Shown in pieces: positions 26,101 to 39,442 of a DNA stretch of 64,000 nucleotides. The translations under genes were made by a program, and so were the position numbers. The DNA is from Squalus acanthias. Lineage: Eukaryota. The stretch covers positions 112,718,001-112,782,000 of the forward strand of contig CM059432.1 of the NCBI GenBank assembly GCA_030390025.1, in the 5' to 3' direction. The notes below the pieces were generated by a model, which made no database searches, was not told where the DNA came from, and saw nothing but the letters and a program-made list of their open reading frames with translations. Every line of letters begins with the position of its first letter. Position 1 is the stretch's first letter.

Positions 26101-29100
26101 ATTCAGATAATGTACAGTGCTAACAGTTCCGAATTCAGACAATGTACAGTGCTAACAGTCCCGAATTCAGACAATGTACAGTACTAACAGTTCCGAATTC
26201 AGACAATGTACAGTATTAACAGTCCCGAATTCAGACAATGTACAGTACTAACAGTCCCGATATCAGACAATGTACAGTACTAACAACCCCGAATTCAGAC
26301 AATGTACAGTACTAACCGTCCCGAATTCAGACAATGTACAGTACTAACAGTCCCGAATTCAGACAATGTACAGTACTAACAGTCCCAAATTCAGACAATG
26401 TACAGTACTAACAGTCCCGAATTCAGACAATGTACAGTACTAACAGTTCCGAATTCAGACAATGTACAGTACTAACAGTCCCGTATTCAGACAATGTACA
26501 GTGCTAACAGTTCCGAATTCAGACAATGTACAGTACTAACAGTCCCGAATTCAGACAATGTACAGTACTAATAGTCCCGTATTCAGACAATGTACAGTAC
26601 TAACAATCCCGAAGTCAGACAATGTACAGTACTAACAGTCCCGTATTCAGACAATGTACAGTACTAACAGTCCCGAATTCAGACAATGTACAGTACTAAC
26701 AGTCCCGAATTCAGAATGTACAGTACTAACTGTCCCGAATTCAGACAATGTACAGTACTAACTGTCCTGAATTCAGACAGTGTACAGTACTAACAGTCCC
26801 AAATTCAGACAATGTACAGTACTAAACAGTCCCGAATTCAGACAATGTACAGTACTAACAGTCCCGAATTCAGACATTGTACAGTACTAACAGTCCCGAA
26901 TTCAGACAATGTACAGTACTAACAATCCCGAATTCAGACAGCGTACAGAACTAACAGTCCCGAATTCTGACAGCGTACAGTACTAACAGTCCCGAATTCA
27001 GACAATGTACAGTACTAACAGTCCCGAATTCAGTCAGCGTACAGTGCTAACAGTCCCGAATTCAGACAATGTACAGTACTAACAGTCCCGAATTCACACA
27101 GCGTACAGTACTAACAGTCCCGAATTCAGACAATGTACAGTACTAACAGTCCCGAATTCAGACAATGTACAGTACTAACAATCCCGAATTCAGACAGCGT
27201 ACAGAACTAACAGTCCCGAATTCAGACAATGTACAGTACTAACAGTCCCGAATTCAGTCAGCGTACAGTGCTAACAGTCCCGAATTCAGACAATGTACAG
27301 TACTAACAGTCCCGAATTCACACAGCGTACAGTACTAACAGTCCCGAATTCAGACAATGTACAGTACTAACAGTCCCGAATTCAGACAATGTACAGTTCT
27401 AACAGTCTCGAATTCAGACAGCGTACAGTACTAACAGTCCCGAATTCAGACAATGTACAGTACTAACAGTCCCAAATTCAGACAATGTACAGTACTAACA
27501 GTCCCGAATTCAGACAGCGTACAGTACTAACAGTCCCAAATTCAGACAATGTACAGTACTAACAGTCCCGAATTCAGTCAGCGTACAGTACTAACAGTCC
27601 CGAATTCAAACAATGTACAGTACTAACAGTCCCGAATTCAGACAATGTACAGTACTAACAGTCCCGAATTCAGACAATGTACAGTACTAACAGTCCCGTA
27701 TTCAGACAATGTACAGTAATAACAGTCCCGAATTCAGACAATGTACAGTACTAACAGTCCCGTATTCAGACAATGTACAGTACTAACAACCCCGAATTCA
27801 GACAATGTACAGTACTAACAGTCCTGATTTCAGACAATGTACAGTACTAACAGTCCTGAATTCAGACAATGTACAGTACTAACAGTCCCGAATTCAGACA
27901 ATGTACAGTACTAACAGTCCCGAATTCAGACAATGTACAGTACTAACAGTCCCGAATTCAGACAATGTACAGTACAAACAGTCCCGTATTCAGACAATGT
28001 ACAGTAATAACAGTCCCGAATTCAGACAATGTACAGTACTAACAGTCCCGTATTCAGACAATGTACAGTACTAACAACCCCGAATTCAGACAATGTACAG
28101 TACTAACAGTCCCGAATTCAGACAATGTACAGTACTAACAGTCCCGTATTCAGACAATGTACAGTAATAACAGTCCCGAATTCAGACAATGTACAGTACT
28201 AACAGTCCCGTATTCAGACAATGTACAGTACTAACAACCCCGAATTCAGACAATGTACAGTACTAACAGTCCTGATTTCAGACAATGGACAGTACTAACA
28301 ACCCCAAATTAAGACAATGTACAGTACTAACAGTCCCGAATTCAGACAGCGTACAGTACTAACAGTCCCAAATTCAGACAATGTACAGTGCTAACAGTCC
28401 CGAATTCAGACAATGTACAGTACTAACAGTCCCGATATCAGACAATGTACAGTACTAACAACCCCGAATTCAGACAATGTACAGTACTAACCGTCCCGAA
28501 TTCAGACAATGTACAGTACTAACAGTCCCGAATTCAGACAATGTACAGTACTAACAGTCCCAAATTCAGACAATGTACAGTACTAACAGTCCCGAATTCA
28601 GACAATGTACAGTACTAACAGTTCCGAATTCAGACAATGTACAGTACTAACAGTCCCGTATTCAGACAATGTACAGTGCTAACAGTTCCGAATTCAGACA
28701 ATGTACAGTACTAACAGTCCCGAATTCAGACAATGTACAGTACTAATAGTCCCGTATTCAGACAATGTACAGTACTAACAATCCCGAAGTCAGACAATGT
28801 ACAGTACTAACAGTCCCGTATTCAGACAATGTACAGTACTAACAGTCCCGAATTCAGACAATGTACAGTACTAACAGTCCCGAATTCAGAATGTACAGTA
28901 CTAACTGTCCCGAATTCAGACAATGTACAGTACTAACTGTCCTGAATTCAGACAGTGTACAGTACTAACAGTCCCAAATTCAGACAATGTACAGTACTAA
29001 ACAGTCCCGAATTCAGACAATGTACAGTACTAACAGTCCCGAATTCAGACATTGTACAGTACTAACAGTCCCGAATTCAGACAATGTACAGTACTAACAA

Positions 29101-32100
29101 TCCCGAATTCAGACAGCGTACAGAACTAACAGTCCCGAATTCTGACAGCGTACAGTACTAACAGTCCCGAATTCAGACAATGTACAGTACTAACAGTCCC
29201 GAATTCAGTCAGCGTACAGTGCTAACAGTCCCGAATTCAGACAATGTACAGTACTAACAGTCCCGAATTCACACAGCGTACAGTACTAACAGTCCCGAAT
29301 TCAGACAATGTACAGTACTAACAGTCCCGAATTCAGACAATGTACAGTACTAACAATCCCGAATTCAGACAGCGTACAGAACTAACAGTCCCGAATTCAG
29401 ACAATGTACAGTACTAACAATCCCGAATTCAGACAGCGTACAGAACTAACAGTCCCGAATTCTGACAGCGTACAGTACTAACAGTCCCGAATTCAGACAA
29501 TGTACAGTACTAACAGTCCCGAATTCAGTCAGCGTACAGTGCTAACAGTCCCGAATTCAGACAATGTACAGTACTAACAGTCCCGAATTCACACAGCGTA
29601 CAGTACTAACAGTCCCGAATTCAGACAATGTACAGTACTAACAGTCCCGAATTCAGACAATGTACAGTTCTAACAGTCTCGAATTCAGACAGCGTACAGT
29701 ACTAACAGTCCCGAATTCAGACTGTACAGTACTAACAGTCCCAAATTCAGACAATGTACAGTACTAACAGTCCCGAATTCAGACAATGTACAGTACTAAC
29801 AGTCCCAAATTCAGACAATGTACAGTACTAACAGTCCCGAATTCAGTCAGCGTACAGTACTAACAGTCCCGTATTCAGACAATGTACAGTAATAACAGTC
29901 CCGAATTCAGACAATGTACAGTACTAACAGTCCCGTATTCAGACAATGTACAGTACTAACAACCCCGAATTCAGACAATGTACAGTACTAACAGTCCTGA
30001 TTTCAGACAATGTACAGTACTAACAGTCCTGAATTCAGACAATGTACAGTACTAACAGTCCCGAATTCAGACAATGTACAGTACTAACAGTCCCGAATTC
30101 AGACAATGTACAGTACTAACAGTCCCGAATTCAGACAATGTACAGTACTAACAGTCCCGTATTCAGACAATGTACAGTAATAACAGTCCCGAATTCAGAC
30201 AATGTACAGTACTAACAGTCCCGTATTCAGACAATGTACAGTACTAACAACCCCGAATTCAGACAATGTACAGTACTAACAGTCCCGAATTCAGACAATG
30301 TACAGTACTAACAGTCCCGTATTCAGACAATGTACAGTAATAACAGTCCCGAATTCAGACAGCGTACAGAACTAACAGTCCCGAATTCTGACAGCGTACA
30401 GTACTAACAGTCCCGAATTCAGACAATGTACAGTACTAACAGTCCCGAATTCAGTCAGCGTACAGTGCTAACAGTCCCGAATTCAGACAATGTACAGTAC
30501 TCACAGTCCCGAATTCACACAGCGTACAGTACTAACAGTCCCGAATTCAGACAATGTACAGTACTAACAGTCCCGAATTCAGACAATGTACAGTTCTAAC
30601 AGTCCCGAATTCAGACAGCGTACAGTACTAACAGTCCCGAATTCAGACAATGTACAGTACTAACAGACCCAAATTCAGACAATGTACAGTACTAACAGTC
30701 CCAAATTCAGACAGCGTACAGTACTAACAGTCCCAAATTCAGACAATGTACAGTACTAACAGTCCCGAATTCAGTCAGCGTACAGTACTAACAGTCCCGA
30801 ATTCAGACAATGTACAGTACTAACAGTCCCGAATTCAGTCAGCGTACAGTGCTAACAGTCCCGAATTCAGACAATGTACAGTACTCACAGTCCCGAATTC
30901 ACACAGCGTACAGTACTAACAGTCCCGAATTCAGACAATGTACAGTACTAACAGTCCCGAATTCAGACAATGTACAGTTCTAACAGTCCCGAATTCAGAC
31001 AGCGTACAGTACTAACAGTCCCGAATTCAGACAATGTACAGTACTAACAGTCCCGAATTCAGACAATGTACAGTTCTAACAGTCCCGAATTCAGACAGCG
31101 TACAGTACTAACAGTCCCGAATTCAGACAGCGTACAGTACTAACAGTCCCGAATTCAGACAATGTACAGTACTAACAGACCCAAATTCAGACAATGTACA
31201 GTACTAACAGTCCCAAATTCAGACAGCGTACAGTACTAACAGTCCCTAATTCAGACAATGTACAGTACTAACAGTCCCGAATTCAGTCAGCGTACAGTAC
31301 TAACAGTCCCGAATTCAGACAATGTACAGTACTAACAACCCCGAATTCAGACAATGTACAGTACTAACAGTCCCGAATTCAGTCAGCGTACAGTACTAAC
31401 AGTCCCGAATTCAGACAATGTACAGTACTAACAACCCCGAATTCAGACAATGTACAGTACTAACAGTCCCGAATTCAGACAATGTACAGTACTAACAGTC
31501 CCGTATTCAGACAATGTACAGTAATAACAGTCCCGAATTCAGACAATGTACAGTACTAACAGTCCCGTATTCAGACAATGTACAGTACTAACAGTCCCGA
31601 ATTCAGACAATGTACAGTACTAACAACCCCGAATTCAGACAATGTACAGTACTAACAGTCCTGATTTCAGACAATGTACAGTACTAACAACCCCGAATTA
31701 AGACAATGTACAGTACTAACAGTCCCGAATTCAGACAGCGTACAGTACTAACAGTCCCAAATTCAGACAATGTACAGTGCTAACAGTCCCGAATTCAGAC
31801 AATGTACAGTACTAACAGTCCCGTATTCAGACAATGTACAGTGCTAACAGTTCCGAATTCAGACAATGTACAGTACTAACAGTTCCGAATTCAGACAATG
31901 TACAGTACTAACAGTCCCGAATTCAGACAATGTATAGTACTAACAGTCCCGATATCAGACAATGTACAGTACTAACAACCCCGAATTCAGACAATGTACA
32001 GTACTAACAGTCCCGAATTCAGACAATGTACAGTACTAACAGTCCCGTATTCAGACAATGTACAGTGCTAACAGTTCCGAATTCAGACAATGTACAGTAC

Positions 32101-35100
32101 TAACAGTCCCGAATTCAGACAATGTACAGTACTAACAGTCCCGTATTCAGACAATGTACAGTACTAACAATCCCGAATTCAGACAATGTACAGTACTAAC
32201 AGTCCCATATTCAGACAATGTACAGTACTAACAGTCCCGAATTCAGACAATGTACAGTACTAACAGTCCCGAATTCAGAATGTACAGTACTAACTGTCCC
32301 GAATTCAGACAATGTACAGTACTAACTGTCCTGAATTCAGACAGTGTACAGTACTAACAGTCCCAAATTCAGACAATGTACAGTACTAAACAGTCCCGAA
32401 TTCAGACAATGTACAGTACTAACAGTCCCGAATTCAGACATTGTACAGTACTAACAGTCCCGAATTCAGACAATGTACAGTACTAACAATCCCGAATTCA
32501 GACAGCGTACAGAACTAACAGTCCCGAATTCTGACAGCGTACAGTACTAACAGTCCCGAATTCAGACAATGTACAGTACTAACAGTCCCGAATTCAGTCA
32601 GCGTACAGTGCTAACAGTCCCGAATTCAGACAATGTACAGTACTAACAGTCCCGAATTCAGACAATGTACAGTACTAACAGACCCAAATTCAGACAATGT
32701 ACAGTACTAACAGTCCCAAATTCAGACAGCGTACAGTACTAACAGTCCCAAATTCAGACAATGTACAGTACTAACAGTCCCGAATTCAGTCAGCGTACAG
32801 TACTAACAGTCCCGAATTCAGACAATGTACAGTACTAACAGTCCCGAATTCAGTCAGCGTACAGTGCTAACAGTCCCGAATTCAGACAATGTACAGTACT
32901 CACAGTCCCGAATTCAGACAGCGTACAGTACTAACAGTCCCGAATTCAGACAATGTACAGTTCTAACAGTCCCGAATTCAGACAGCGTACAGTACTAACA
33001 GTCCCGAATTCAGACAATGTACAGTACTAACAGACCCAAATTCAGACAATGTACAGTACTAACAGTCCCAAATTCAGACAGCGTACAGTACTAACAGTCC
33101 CAAATTCAGACAATGTACAGTACTAACAGTCCCGAATTCAGTCAGCGTACAGTACTAACAGTCCCGAATTCAGAGAATGTACAGTACTAACAACCCCGAA
33201 TTCAGACAATGTACAGTACTAACAGTCCCGAATTCAGTCAGCGTACAGTACTAACAGTCCCGAATTCAGACAATGTACAGTACTAACAACCCCGAATTCA
33301 GACAATGTACAGTACTAACAGTCCCGAATTCAGACAATGTACAGTACTAACAGTCCCGTATTCAGACAATGTACAGTAATAACAGTCCCGAATTCAGACA
33401 ATGTACAGTACTAACAGTCCCGTATTCAGACAATGTACAGTACTAACAGTCCCGAATTCAGACAATGTACAGTACTAACAACCCCGAATTCAGACAATGT
33501 ACAGTACTAACAGTCCTGATTTCAGACAATGTACAGTACTAACAACCCCGAATTAAGACAATGTACAGTACTAACAGTCCCAAATTCAGACAATGTACAG
33601 TGCTAACAGTCCCGAATTCAGACAATGTACAGTACTAACAGTCCCGTATTCAGACAATGTACAGTGCTAACAGTTCCGAATTCAGACAATGTACAGTACT
33701 AACAGTTCCGAATTCAGACAATGTACAGTACTAACAGTCCCGAATTCAGACAATGTACAGTACTAACAGTCCCGATATCAGACAATGTACAGTACTAACA
33801 ACCCCGAATTCAGACAATGTACAGTACTAACAGTCCCGAATTCAGACAATGTACAGTACTAACAGTCCCGTATTCAGACAATGTACAGTACTAACTGTCC
33901 TGAATTCAGACAGTGTACAGTACTAACAGTCCCAAATTCAGACAATGTACAGTACTAAACAGTCCCGAATTCAGACAATGTACAGTACTAACAGTCCCGA
34001 ATTCAGACATTGTACAGTACTAACAGTCCCGAATTCAGACAATGTACAGTACTAACAATCCCGAATTCAGACAGCGTACAGAACTAACAGTCCCGAATTC
34101 TGACAGCGTACAGTACTAACAGTCCCGAATTCAGACAATGTACAGTACTAACAGTCCCGAATTCAGTCAGCGTACAGTGCTAACAGTCCCGAATTCAGAC
34201 AATGTACAGTACTAACAATCCCGAATTCACACAGCGTACAGTACTAACAGTCCCGAATTCAGACAATGTACAGTACTAACAGTCCCGAATTCAGACAATG
34301 TACAGTACTAACAATCCCGAATTCAGACAGCGTACAGAACTAACAGTCCCGAATTCAGACAATGTACAGTACTAACAATCCCGAATTCAGACAGCGTACA
34401 GAACTAACAGTCCCGAATTCTGACAGCGTACAGTACTAACAGTCCCGAATTCAGACAATGTACAGTACTAACAGTCCCGAATTCAGTCAGTGTACAGTGC
34501 TAACAGTCCCGAATTCAGACAATGTACAGTACTAACAGTCCCGAATTCACACAGCGTACAGTACTAACAGTCCCGAATTCAGACAATGTACAGTACTAAC
34601 AGTCCCGAATTCAGACAATGTACAGTTCTAACAGTCTCGAATTCAGACAGCGTACAGTACTAACAGTCCCGAATTCAGACAATGTACAGTACTAACAGTC
34701 CCAAATTCAGACAATGTACAGTACTAACAGTCCCGAATTCAGACAATGTACAGTACTAACAGTCCCGAATTCAGACAATGTACAGTACTAACAGTCCCGA
34801 ATTCAGACAATGTACAGTACTAACAGTCCCGAATTCAGACAGCGTACAGTACTAACAGTCCCAAATTCAGACAATGTACAGTACTAACAGTCCCGAATTC
34901 AGTCAGCGTACAGTACTAACAGTCCCGAATTCAGACAATGTACAGTACTAACAGTCCCGAATTCAGACAATGTACAGTACTAACAGTCCCGAATTCAGAC
35001 AATGTACAGTACTAACAGTCCCGAATTCAGACAGCGTACAGTACTAACAGTCCCAAATTCAGACAATGTACAGTACTAACAGTCCCGAATTCAGTCAGCG

Positions 35101-36870
35101 TACAGTACTAACAGTCCCGAATTCAAACAATGTACAGTACTAACAGTCCCGAATTCAGACAATGTACAGTACTAACAGTCCCGAATTCAGACAATGTACA
35201 GTACTAACAGTCCCGTATTCAGACAATGTACAGTAATAACAGTCCCGAATTCAGACAATGTACAGTACTAACAGTCCCGTATTCAGACAATGTACAGTAC
35301 TAACAACCCCGAATTCAGACAATGTACAGTACTAACAGTCCTGATTTCAGACAATGTACAGTACTAACAGTCCTGAATTCAGACAATGTACAGTACTAAC
35401 AGTCCCGAATTCAGACAATGTACAGTACTAACAGTCCCGAATTCAGACAATGTACAGTACTAACAGTCCCGAATTCAGACAATGTACAGTACTAACAGTC
35501 CCGTATTCAGACAATGTACAGTAATAACAGTCCCGAATTCAGACAATGTACAGTACTAACAGTCCCGTATTCAGACAATGTACAGTACTAACAACCCCGA
35601 ATTCAGACAATGTACAGTACTAACAGTCCCAAATTCAGTCAGTGTCGATTACTAACAGTCCCGAATTCAGACAATGTACAGTACTAACAACCCCGAATTC
35701 AGACAATGTACAGTACTGACAGTCCCGAATTTACAGTGTACAGTACTAACAATCCCGAATTCAGACAATGTACAGTACTAACAGTCCCGAATTCAGACAG
35801 CGTACAGTACTAACAACCCCGAATTCAGACAATGTACAGTACTAACAGTCCTGAATTCAGACAATGTACAGTACTAACAGTCCTGAATTCAGACAATGTA
35901 CAGTACTAACAGTCCCAAATTCAGACAATGTACAGTACTAACAGTCCCGAATTCACAGTGTACAGTACTAACAATCCCGAATTCAGACAGCATACAGTAC
36001 TAACAATCCCGAATTCAGACAATGTACAGTACTAACAGTCCCGAATTCAGACAATGTACAGTACTAACAATCCCGAATTCAGACAATGTACAGTACAAAC
36101 AGTCCCGAATTCAGACAATGTACAGTACTAACAATCCCGAATTCAGACAATGTACAGTACAAACAGTCCCGAATTCAGACAATGTACAGTACTAACAATC
36201 CCAAATTCAGACAATGTACAGTACTAACAGTCCCGAATTCAGACAATGTACAGTACTAACAATCCCAAATTCAGACAATGTACAGTACTCACAGTCCCGA
36301 ATTCAGACAATGTACAGTGCTAACAGTCCTGAATTCAGACAGCGTACTGTGCCAACAGTCCCAAAATCAGACAATGTACAGTACTAACTGTCCCAAATTC
36401 AGACAGTGTAGCATGCTATCAGTCCCGAATTCAGACAGCGTCCAGTGCTAACAGTCCCGAATTCAGAGAGCCTACATTGCTAACATATCCTGAATTCAGA
36501 CAACACACAGGGCTCACAGTCATGAGTTCAGAGAACGTACAGTGCTGACAGTCCCGAATTCTGACAGCGTACAGGACTAACATTCCCGAATTCAGACAAT
36601 GTACAGGACTAACAGTACCAAATTCAGACAATGTGCAGGACTAACAGTCTCAAATTCAGACAGTGTACAGGACTAACAGTCCCAAATTCAGACAGCGTAC
36701 AGTACTAACAGTCCCGAATTCAGACAGCGTACAGTACTAACAGTCCCAAATTCAGACAATGTGCAATTCGAACAGTCCCGAATTCAGACAATGTACAGTG
36801 CTAACATTCCCGAATTCAGACAACACACAGGGCTAACCGTCATGAGATCAGACAACACAAAATGCTAAAT
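8189..36870 (+). repeat. 32-bp satellite array, ~28.7 kb, ~900 monomers
   Basis: Consensus CAGTACTAACAGTCCCGAATTCAGACAATGTA, with GAATTC recurring every 32 bp (e.g. 8225, 8257). Head-to-tail with no spacers; degenerates from ~36300 onward. Confidence 0.99.
12731..36160 (+). repeat. 11.7-kb tandem (higher-order) duplication within the satellite
   Basis: Rare variants recur at offsets of 11700-11705: CCCTTATTC 12891/24591, CAATGGAC 16581/28283, the CAGAGAATG variant (variant G at 21471/33175) and GTGTCGAT 23938/35642. Junction at about 24431-24455. Confidence 0.92.
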
Positions 36871-37381
36871 TGAACCAGCGCTCTGACCTTAACAACTCAT
36901 GAGTGGCAATGTTGCAGTTAGATTTGATGGTTCGACCATTGAATTAAGTAATTTTCTTATTTACTGGCTGATGGTTGAATATTTGGCATATGAAAGCTTT
37001 TTGGACAATTAGTTGTATTTCAATAGTTTTTTATCTTAGCAGCGTAGATCCTAACTTTGCTGATATATTGGAAAATTGTTTAATGCAGTGATATGAAATT
37101 TCTCATTTTAGTGGAGACATTAACCCAAAAAGAGTTAACATCTGCATTAAAATAAGGGACAGAGGAATATCAAACAGGTTGTTAGGTGTGGGTCTGCTAA
37201 TATCATTAACATTAATTTCTGAGCTGTTATCTCTTCAAATTAAAAGGGAGGAAAGGATGTTGTGATGGAGTGCTGTACTTCACACTGGACTTCAATTCAA
37301 TTCTGATTGCCATGCAGTGTGATAGATTTCATAAACCGGAGGGACAACTGTATGACAAGAAAACAATGTTTTCTGACAAAT

Positions 37382-37635
37382 AAAAACAGAAAATGCTGGA
37401 AATTCTCAGCAGGTCAGGCAACATCTGTGGAGAGAGAAACAGAGTTAACGTTTCAGGTCGATGACCCTTCATCAGAACTGGAAAAAGTTAGAGATGTGAC
37501 AGGTTTTAAGCAAGTGCAGGAGCAGGGAAAGCGGGAGGGGAGGAAAGAACAAAAGGGAAGGTCTGTGATAGGGTGGAAGGCAGGAGAGATTAAATGGCAA
37601 AAGGGATGATGGTGCAGAATCATCAGCAACAGCTG
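37382..37635 (-). mobile_element. PLE family 2, 3' terminal fragment
   Basis: Closely matches 58730-58960, which is attached to a GIY-YIG C-terminal frame. Confidence 0.8.
37443..37479 (-). ncRNA. Minimal hammerhead ribozyme motif (PLE family 2)
   Basis: Minus strand reads AGTT-CTGATGA-A-GGGTC(ATC)GACCT-GAAA-CG-TT-AACT. Stem I is AGTT/AACT; palindromic ACGU at stem III. Confidence 0.68.
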
Positions 37636-37992
37636 CCGTGCAAAAAAAATGTTTTCTTACTCCCACCTCTCCAGTTAGTGTACACTCACTTGACACCCAA
37701 TCTGCATGTTTCGACTTCGCCGCTCTACTTACCGGCATTCTTTAAGTGCGACGAGCTGAGCAAGCATTCAGCAGCAGGAAGGAGGCTTCAGCAGCAGTCT
37801 TTAAAGGGATCATCAGCAACTACTTGCAGCTGACATGTTTCTGCAGTTTGACTAGCTCTGTGTAACTTTCTGCAACTCCAACAGCTTTATAAACTTCTTT
37901 CAAGGTTCTACAGTAACAGGGAGTGTTGTTGCAAGTGGAGAACACCTTCATTCTTATTTAAAGGCTTCTGCTCACAACACTTGCTCACAGTC

Positions 37993-39265
37993 ATGGGGGC
38001 TCTACTTGCAGTCCCCCTCGCGCTCGAGTATCTTAGGGAGAGGGAGCGGAGGCACGAAGAGGAGGAGAAGATGCGCGCAGAGGGAGGAGGAGAAGGGCCA
38101 GGAGGGCTCTCAACGGGAGGCCTTACCCACCTAGGGTCTTCCGAGAGCACTTCAGATAAGCGAGGAGCAGTGCATTAGGAGTCTCCACTTCACCAAGGAG
38201 GTGGTCACAGAACTCTGCCACCTCCTGCAACCAGACCTGCAGCCTGAGAGCAGGGCGAGCACGGCTCTCCCAGTGGCCCTCAAGGTCACCGTGGCCCTCA
38301 ATTTCTTCACCTGCAGATCCTTCCAGTCTGCAGCAGGAGATATTGCCAACATCTCCCAGTTCGCCGTCCATCGCTGCATCCGGGAGGTCACTGAGGCTCT
38401 CTACACCAGGAGAAGGGACTACGTTGTCTTCTTTCTGAGCAGAGAGAAGCAGGAGGAGTGTGCATGTGGCATCGCCAGGATAGCGGGCTTCCCCATGGTG
38501 CAGGGCACCATCGACTGCACCCACAGACACCGTATAACAATCCTGAGGTCTTCCATAACTGCAAAGGCTACCACTTACATAATGTGCAATCATGCCCAGT
38601 GATACCTAATGGTCAATGCCCGCTTTCCTGGCAGAAGCCATGATGCTTTCATCCTGCGTCAGTCCGGTGTGCCAACAATCTTCCAGCTCACACATGAAAC
38701 TCGAGGGTGGCTGTTCAGATACAAGGACTATCCGCTCTGCACCTGGCTCATGACTCCCCTCCGCCACCCCACCACTCGTGCCCAGCACTCATATAATGAG
38801 AGCCATGCTTCCACCAGGAACATAAGAACATAAGAAATAGGAGCAGGAGTAGGCCATACGGCCCCTCGAGCCTGCTCCGCCATTCAGTAAGATCATGGCT
38901 GATCATCGACCTCAACTCCACTTTCCCGCCCGATCTCCATATCCCTCATCGAGCAGACCATCAGGCTACTGAAGCAACGGATCCGCTGCCTTGACCGCTC
39001 GGGAGGAGTCCTTCAGTAAACGCTGGAGCGGGTGTCACACTTCGTGGTGGTCTGCTGCATGCTTCACAACTTGGCCATCATGAGGGCGCAGCCATTGCCA
39101 CCAGGGATTGCGGGACCATCTCAGGAGGAGGAAGAGGGAGAGGAGGAGGAGGAAGAGGAAGATGAGCAAGAGGAAGAAAACAAGGAGGAAGGTAGGAGGC
39201 AGGCAGCCAATCCTCCTTCCGGACGGGCTGTCCGTGAGCAGCTCATCAGACTCCGCTTCCAATGA
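37993..39265 (+). pseudogene. PIF/Harbinger DDE transposase (HARBI1-like), frameshifted, copy A
   Basis: RPYPPRVFREHF, LPVALKVTVALNFF..SFQSAAGDIANISQFAVHRCIREVTEAL, GFPMVQGTIDCTH, NARFPGRSHDAFILRQS, WLMTP, YNESHASTRN(I)IEQTI, CCMLHNLAI and an acidic tail. The GDKGY motif has decayed to RYKDY. Stops, frameshifts and a CR1 insertion are present. Confidence 0.92.
38824..38945 (-). mobile_element. CR1 3'-end fragment inserted in the transposase
   Basis: (AACATAAG)n tail plus AGGAGCAGGAGTAGGCCAT..GGCCC. Removing it restores ACCAGGAACATCATCGAGCAG (TRNIIEQ). Confidence 0.8.
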
Positions 39266-39442
39266 ATGAACCCCCAGATCCCCGTTGCTCACCACATCCC
39301 CATTATACCATCCCTCTGTCACGGAATATCACAGCGTTCACCTGGGCACAAAGCTGAAAGGAGAGCCATCACAAAAGATTCCAAACAAAATTAATAAATT
39401 TATCAAAAATCAATTGACACATATTTACATTTACGATATGAA

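Noticed and set aside
8189..36870. CRISPR array (32-bp repeat with palindromic parts)
   Set aside because: Monomers are directly adjacent with no unique spacers, there are no cas genes, and the context is vertebrate TEs.
8189..36870. Repetitive protein-coding region
   Set aside because: The period of 32 is not a multiple of 3 and each monomer has TAA (+) and TAG/TGA (-), so all frames close quickly. The 66-aa ORF at 36431-36631 is a by-product of degenerate monomers.
37993..39265. Domesticated host HARBI1 gene
   Set aside because: It has frameshifts, stops, a decayed GDKGY motif, a CR1 insertion, a linked ORF2 and a second nearby copy, so it is a dead transposon.
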